Shown here: positions 61,350 through 64,000 of the stretch, piece by piece
Position numbering within the stretch: position 1 is the stretch's first letter
How the letters are laid out: every line of letters starts with the position of its first letter
DNA from: Escherichia coli
GTDB lineage: Bacteria; Pseudomonadota; Gammaproteobacteria; Enterobacterales; Enterobacteriaceae
DNA length: 64,000 nucleotides
NCBI RefSeq assembly: GCF_041248615.1
Contig: NZ_CP158426.1
Strand: one strand, 5' to 3'
Translations under genes and position numbers: made by a program
Notes under the pieces: model-generated
Told to the model about the DNA's origin: nothing
The model's database searches: none
What the model saw: the letters and a program-made list of their open reading frames with translations, nothing else

Positions 61350-62032
61350 TATTCAACTCCTCTGATTTCACGATCTGCCTGCCAACTTGTCACCGTAAAA
61401 CCGAACGGGTTAACTTCCCGCTCTGTATCGCTCATTTCCTTACTTGGGTCGGAGTGGAATGTCAGGTGGGCATCCCAGTATTCTGTACGCGTACTGCTAT
61501 CAGCGAGGCGGCGGATAGTTTTTTTGTAACGGAGGGTGGCGACTTTATCGGGGGCAGTGCCTTCGGTGATCTGATTAGACAGGATGTCGATATGTACGGT
61601 GTGGGCCTCATTCTGGTACACCTTATCCGGGGCGTCTTTTCCTGAATAAAGTGCCAGATAATCATCATTAACCTGAGGGCTGTTATAGACCTGTACCGTT
61701 GAATAATCGTCCTGTAGGGCAGGGTAAATGTAACGTTCACGCACTCTGACGTAACTTGAGGTCATCGCCTTCTGATAAGCTTCTTCCGCTGTCAGACTCG
61801 TTTGTGACGCTCGGGTGACGTGTTCCAACCGTCCGGTATGATTATCAACAGCATACAGCTCAATAACTGTCTGTTTCAGCGGTAATATCAGCACCACAGT
61901 GGTGAGTGCCAGTATGGCAATGAGTAAGCCCGCGCCACCAACCATAAATCCCGCCTTCGTGGCGCGTTTGTCCCGCTCAATCATTTTCTGCTCAAAGGTG
62001 CGGGAATCAGCAATGATTGACTGTTCACTCAT
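61349..62032 (-). CDS. virB8: VirB8-family T4SS protein
   Basis: Single N-terminal TM helix (GFMVGGAGLLIAILALTTVVLIL) followed by a periplasmic domain; position. Confidence 0.75.
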   Translation of the reverse strand: MSEQSIIADSRTFEQKMIERDKRATKAGFMVGGAGLLIAILALTTVVLILPLKQTVIELYAVDNHTGRLEHVTRASQTSLTAEEAYQKAMTSSYVRVRERYIYPALQDDYSTVQVYNSPQVNDDYLALYSGKDAPDKVYQNEAHTVHIDILSNQITEGTAPDKVATLRYKKTIRRLADSSTRTEYWDAHLTFHSDPSKEMSDTEREVNPFGFTVTSWQADREIRGVE

Positions 62033-62162
62033 GATTGTTTAACTCCGCCATCATCTGAGGCGTGTTTACCGGGATGCCATTCCCACTAAAGGCCAGGGGA
62101 TGGGGTGACTGTGCACAGCCGTAAAGCGCGCACAGTAAAATCAGCGCAATCAAGCGTTTCAT
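62025..62162 (-). CDS. virB7: VirB7-like small lipoprotein (45 aa), absent from the ORF track
   Basis: Hand translation of minus strand: MKRLIALILLCALYGCAQSPHPLAFSGNGIPVNTPQMMAELNNHE; lipobox LYGC; stop overlaps virB8 start. Confidence 0.5.
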   Translation of the reverse strand: MKRLIALILLCALYGCAQSPHPLAFSGNGIPVNTPQMMAELNNHE

Positions 62163-62245
62163 GGGATGTTTCCTCAGTGGGTTGGATAGAGGGTAGTGTT
62201 AGCGCCGGGGGGATTGACGGAAATAGTATGCAAGGGATGACAAGT

Positions 62246-63310
62246 TTAACGATGAAATTTCTGAACGGTTGTTTCTCTTGATTTTGCCAGCCGTCGGGCC
62301 TCGTTCCTGGCGATCATTTGCTCAATGGCATACTTACGTGCCTGAGCAGCTCTGTATCCCGGGCCGCTGCCGGGTTTATCTGTACTGGCATCTCTCCATC
62401 CCTGAAGATTGTCCTGAATTGCGCGGTTTGTCTGCTTCCCGGCTCCTGCGGCTAATTTCCCTGCACCAAACGCCGCTGCGCCTATACCCACGGCGGACAG
62501 TCCCTGCATGGAGACAGTCGCTCCCGCCCCGGCTAGTGCTCCGGCCAGTTTTGCGGAAAGGTATACCATTATTGCCGCGCAGACCCCGGCGAGACAGACC
62601 TGAGCGCCTAGCTCCACAATATTAGATTGTGCAGATATTTGTGTGGCAATATCTAAGCGGGAGTTTAAATAATTAACGACCACTCGTAGCGACAATGCAG
62701 AAAACAGAACCGTTAATATGGCTGCGAAAATATTTTGCAGCCAGTTGTTAAACATGGGACGTAAAAAGCCATACATGAGACAAAAGATGAAAACGGGGGC
62801 TGTGATGCTGAGCAGCAAAACCATGACCTCTGCGATCATTGCAACAAAGGCTGTAATAGTCATTAAAACGAATATCCCAAGCCACACATAAAATTGAGCT
62901 GTGATGCCCTCGTCTTTTATGTACGTTGAATTATCCATGTCGTGTAACGTTTTGCCTAATACCTTCGCTTTATCCCATAAGCTATCCAGTAGTTGCCATA
63001 TATTATCGTTGCCGGAAAAGCCGTCTTTTAAGCCATTGATAGCGTCAATGACCCCGTCGAGATAACCGCTGACATTGGCCACAAAGGACAGGATGATGGC
63101 CATTCTTATGATGTCCCACATGACGTCCTCCATGGGTGCGGACAACTTACCTGCCAGGCTCTGGTATCCACGCCACATGATATAAAGTGTCGCTGACGTT
63201 GCCGCCAGTCCCAGCATCATGGCGGAGTATGACATCATCAGTCCCTTTGTTGCGTCGGTGACTCCCCCTATCAGGTGTTTTTCAACACCGATAAATACAC
63301 CACCAGGCAT
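62246..63310 (-). CDS. virB6: VirB6/TrbL-family T4SS inner-membrane protein
   Basis: 354-aa polytopic membrane protein with Gly/Ala-rich C-terminal region; position between eex and virB7. Confidence 0.75.
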   Translation of the reverse strand: MPGGVFIGVEKHLIGGVTDATKGLMMSYSAMMLGLAATSATLYIMWRGYQSLAGKLSAPMEDVMWDIIRMAIILSFVANVSGYLDGVIDAINGLKDGFSGNDNIWQLLDSLWDKAKVLGKTLHDMDNSTYIKDEGITAQFYVWLGIFVLMTITAFVAMIAEVMVLLLSITAPVFIFCLMYGFLRPMFNNWLQNIFAAILTVLFSALSLRVVVNYLNSRLDIATQISAQSNIVELGAQVCLAGVCAAIMVYLSAKLAGALAGAGATVSMQGLSAVGIGAAAFGAGKLAAGAGKQTNRAIQDNLQGWRDASTDKPGSGPGYRAAQARKYAIEQMIARNEARRLAKSRETTVQKFHR

Positions 63311-63320
63311 ATTAACCTCA

Positions 63321-63548
63321 CTATGAATTCAGGTTGGGAGTGGGGGCATTTAACTGTTGAATCTGAAAATGAGCTTCATTGGCATTTTTACAGTTTTCAG
63401 AGGCATCGCCGGTTTTCAGGCATTTTTCATATACTGTTTTCAGCTCATCGGGATGATCTTTGTACCACTGGGTAGTTTTGGTTTCGTCTCTGCAGCCGCA
63501 AATGATGAGGAATAAAATGGACAGGAACGAAAGGGTTAATAAACGCAT
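63321..63548 (-). CDS. eex: Entry-exclusion-like lipoprotein between virB5 and virB6
   Basis: Start placed at MRLLTLSFLSILFLIICGC (lipobox); small lipoprotein at the position where IncN/IncW systems carry eex. Confidence 0.5.
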   Translation of the reverse strand: MRLLTLSFLSILFLIICGCRDETKTTQWYKDHPDELKTVYEKCLKTGDASENCKNANEAHFQIQQLNAPTPNLNS

Positions 63549-63559
63549 GTGAAACTCCT

Positions 63560-64000
63560 TTAACGGTTTAAATCGGAGGTTGGTGCAGTTAACTGCTGCT
63601 GGTTCCACTGTTTGAGACGCTCATCCTCCAGCACTTTCCCGCGTTTTTCTGCCGCCTTCACACTCATTTCCCATTGATCAGTGAGCGTGTTCAGCATCAC
63701 TGATTTCAACTGAATACTGTTGGCAAGGTCCAGCGACTCCTTTGAGTCTTTAGAGAGTGCAATCCGGTTTGAAAGATTATTGATCTCACCCAATGTTTGG
63801 CTGACCTGATCCTGGATCTCGTCAGTCTGCTCAAACTGAATTGCCTTATTGATAACCTGTTGTTTGCAGATATCGGCATAGCTTCCGGACTGCGCCGCGT
63901 TGCACGTATCGAAAACCCGGTACTTTGCGTATAGCGCATCGAACTGCCCGGCGATGCCACCAGAAAGTAGCAGGTCGTTGAGTGTCTGGCCCGGCTTACG
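63560..64000 (-). CDS. virB5: VirB5-like T4SS minor pilin, partial (5' end beyond window)
   Basis: Minus-strand frame is open from window end to stop at 63560 (…GIAGQFDALYAKYRVFDTCNAAQSGSYADICKQQVINKAIQFEQ…); helical, Cys pair; position. Confidence 0.55.
   Translation of the reverse strand, partial: RKPGQTLNDLLLSGGIAGQFDALYAKYRVFDTCNAAQSGSYADICKQQVINKAIQFEQTDEIQDQVSQTLGEINNLSNRIALSKDSKESLDLANSIQLKSVMLNTLTDQWEMSVKAAEKRGKVLEDERLKQWNQQQLTAPTSDLNR

Noticed and set aside
63706-63960. 84-aa minus-strand ORF
   Set aside because: Out of frame with, and overlapping, the open VirB5-like frame that runs to the window end; Arg/Ser-rich translation.

Overview
Enterobacterial (E. coli-like) chromosome across the tRNA-Asn cluster, with core gene order ldtA/erfK - asnV - nac - cbl - asnU - yeeO - asnW - [island 1] - yeeN - amn - shiA - yeeL - yeeJ - [island 2]. 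Gene names and product calls rest on protein motifs and on synteny recalled from E. coli K-12; no database search was run. Island 1 (5274..15825, about 10.5 kb) sits at asnW: a frameshifted P4-type integrase, an AT-rich iteron/palindrome array, integrase remnants, a Ner-like regulator and a complete Rhs toxin/immunity module, closed by a 16-bp direct repeat of the tRNA 3' end. Island 2 (30131 to beyond the window end, over 34 kb) is the distal part of an ICE-like element at the asnT site, bounded by a 16-bp tRNA-Asn 3'-end remnant. Its most interesting cargo is a tightly coupled AT-rich four-gene operon (32390..38380): MBL-fold hydrolase, trypsin-like serine protease, small protein, and a 1045-aa Rad50/SMC-like ABC ATPase with a central CxxC zinc hook. 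I read this as a Lamassu/ABC-3C-like, possibly undescribed, anti-phage/anti-plasmid defence system. Island 2 also carries an IS911-like remnant, a UbiD/UbiX decarboxylase cluster with LysR regulator, an ArdC-like gene, two glycosyltransferases, an HchA paralog with an IS2 (5-bp TSD) upstream, and an IncN/IncW-like VirB/VirD4 conjugation module. yeeJ is broken by frameshifts and contains a 609-bp tandem duplication. No CRISPR array or rRNA gene was seen. Frameshifts could be real or sequencing errors.
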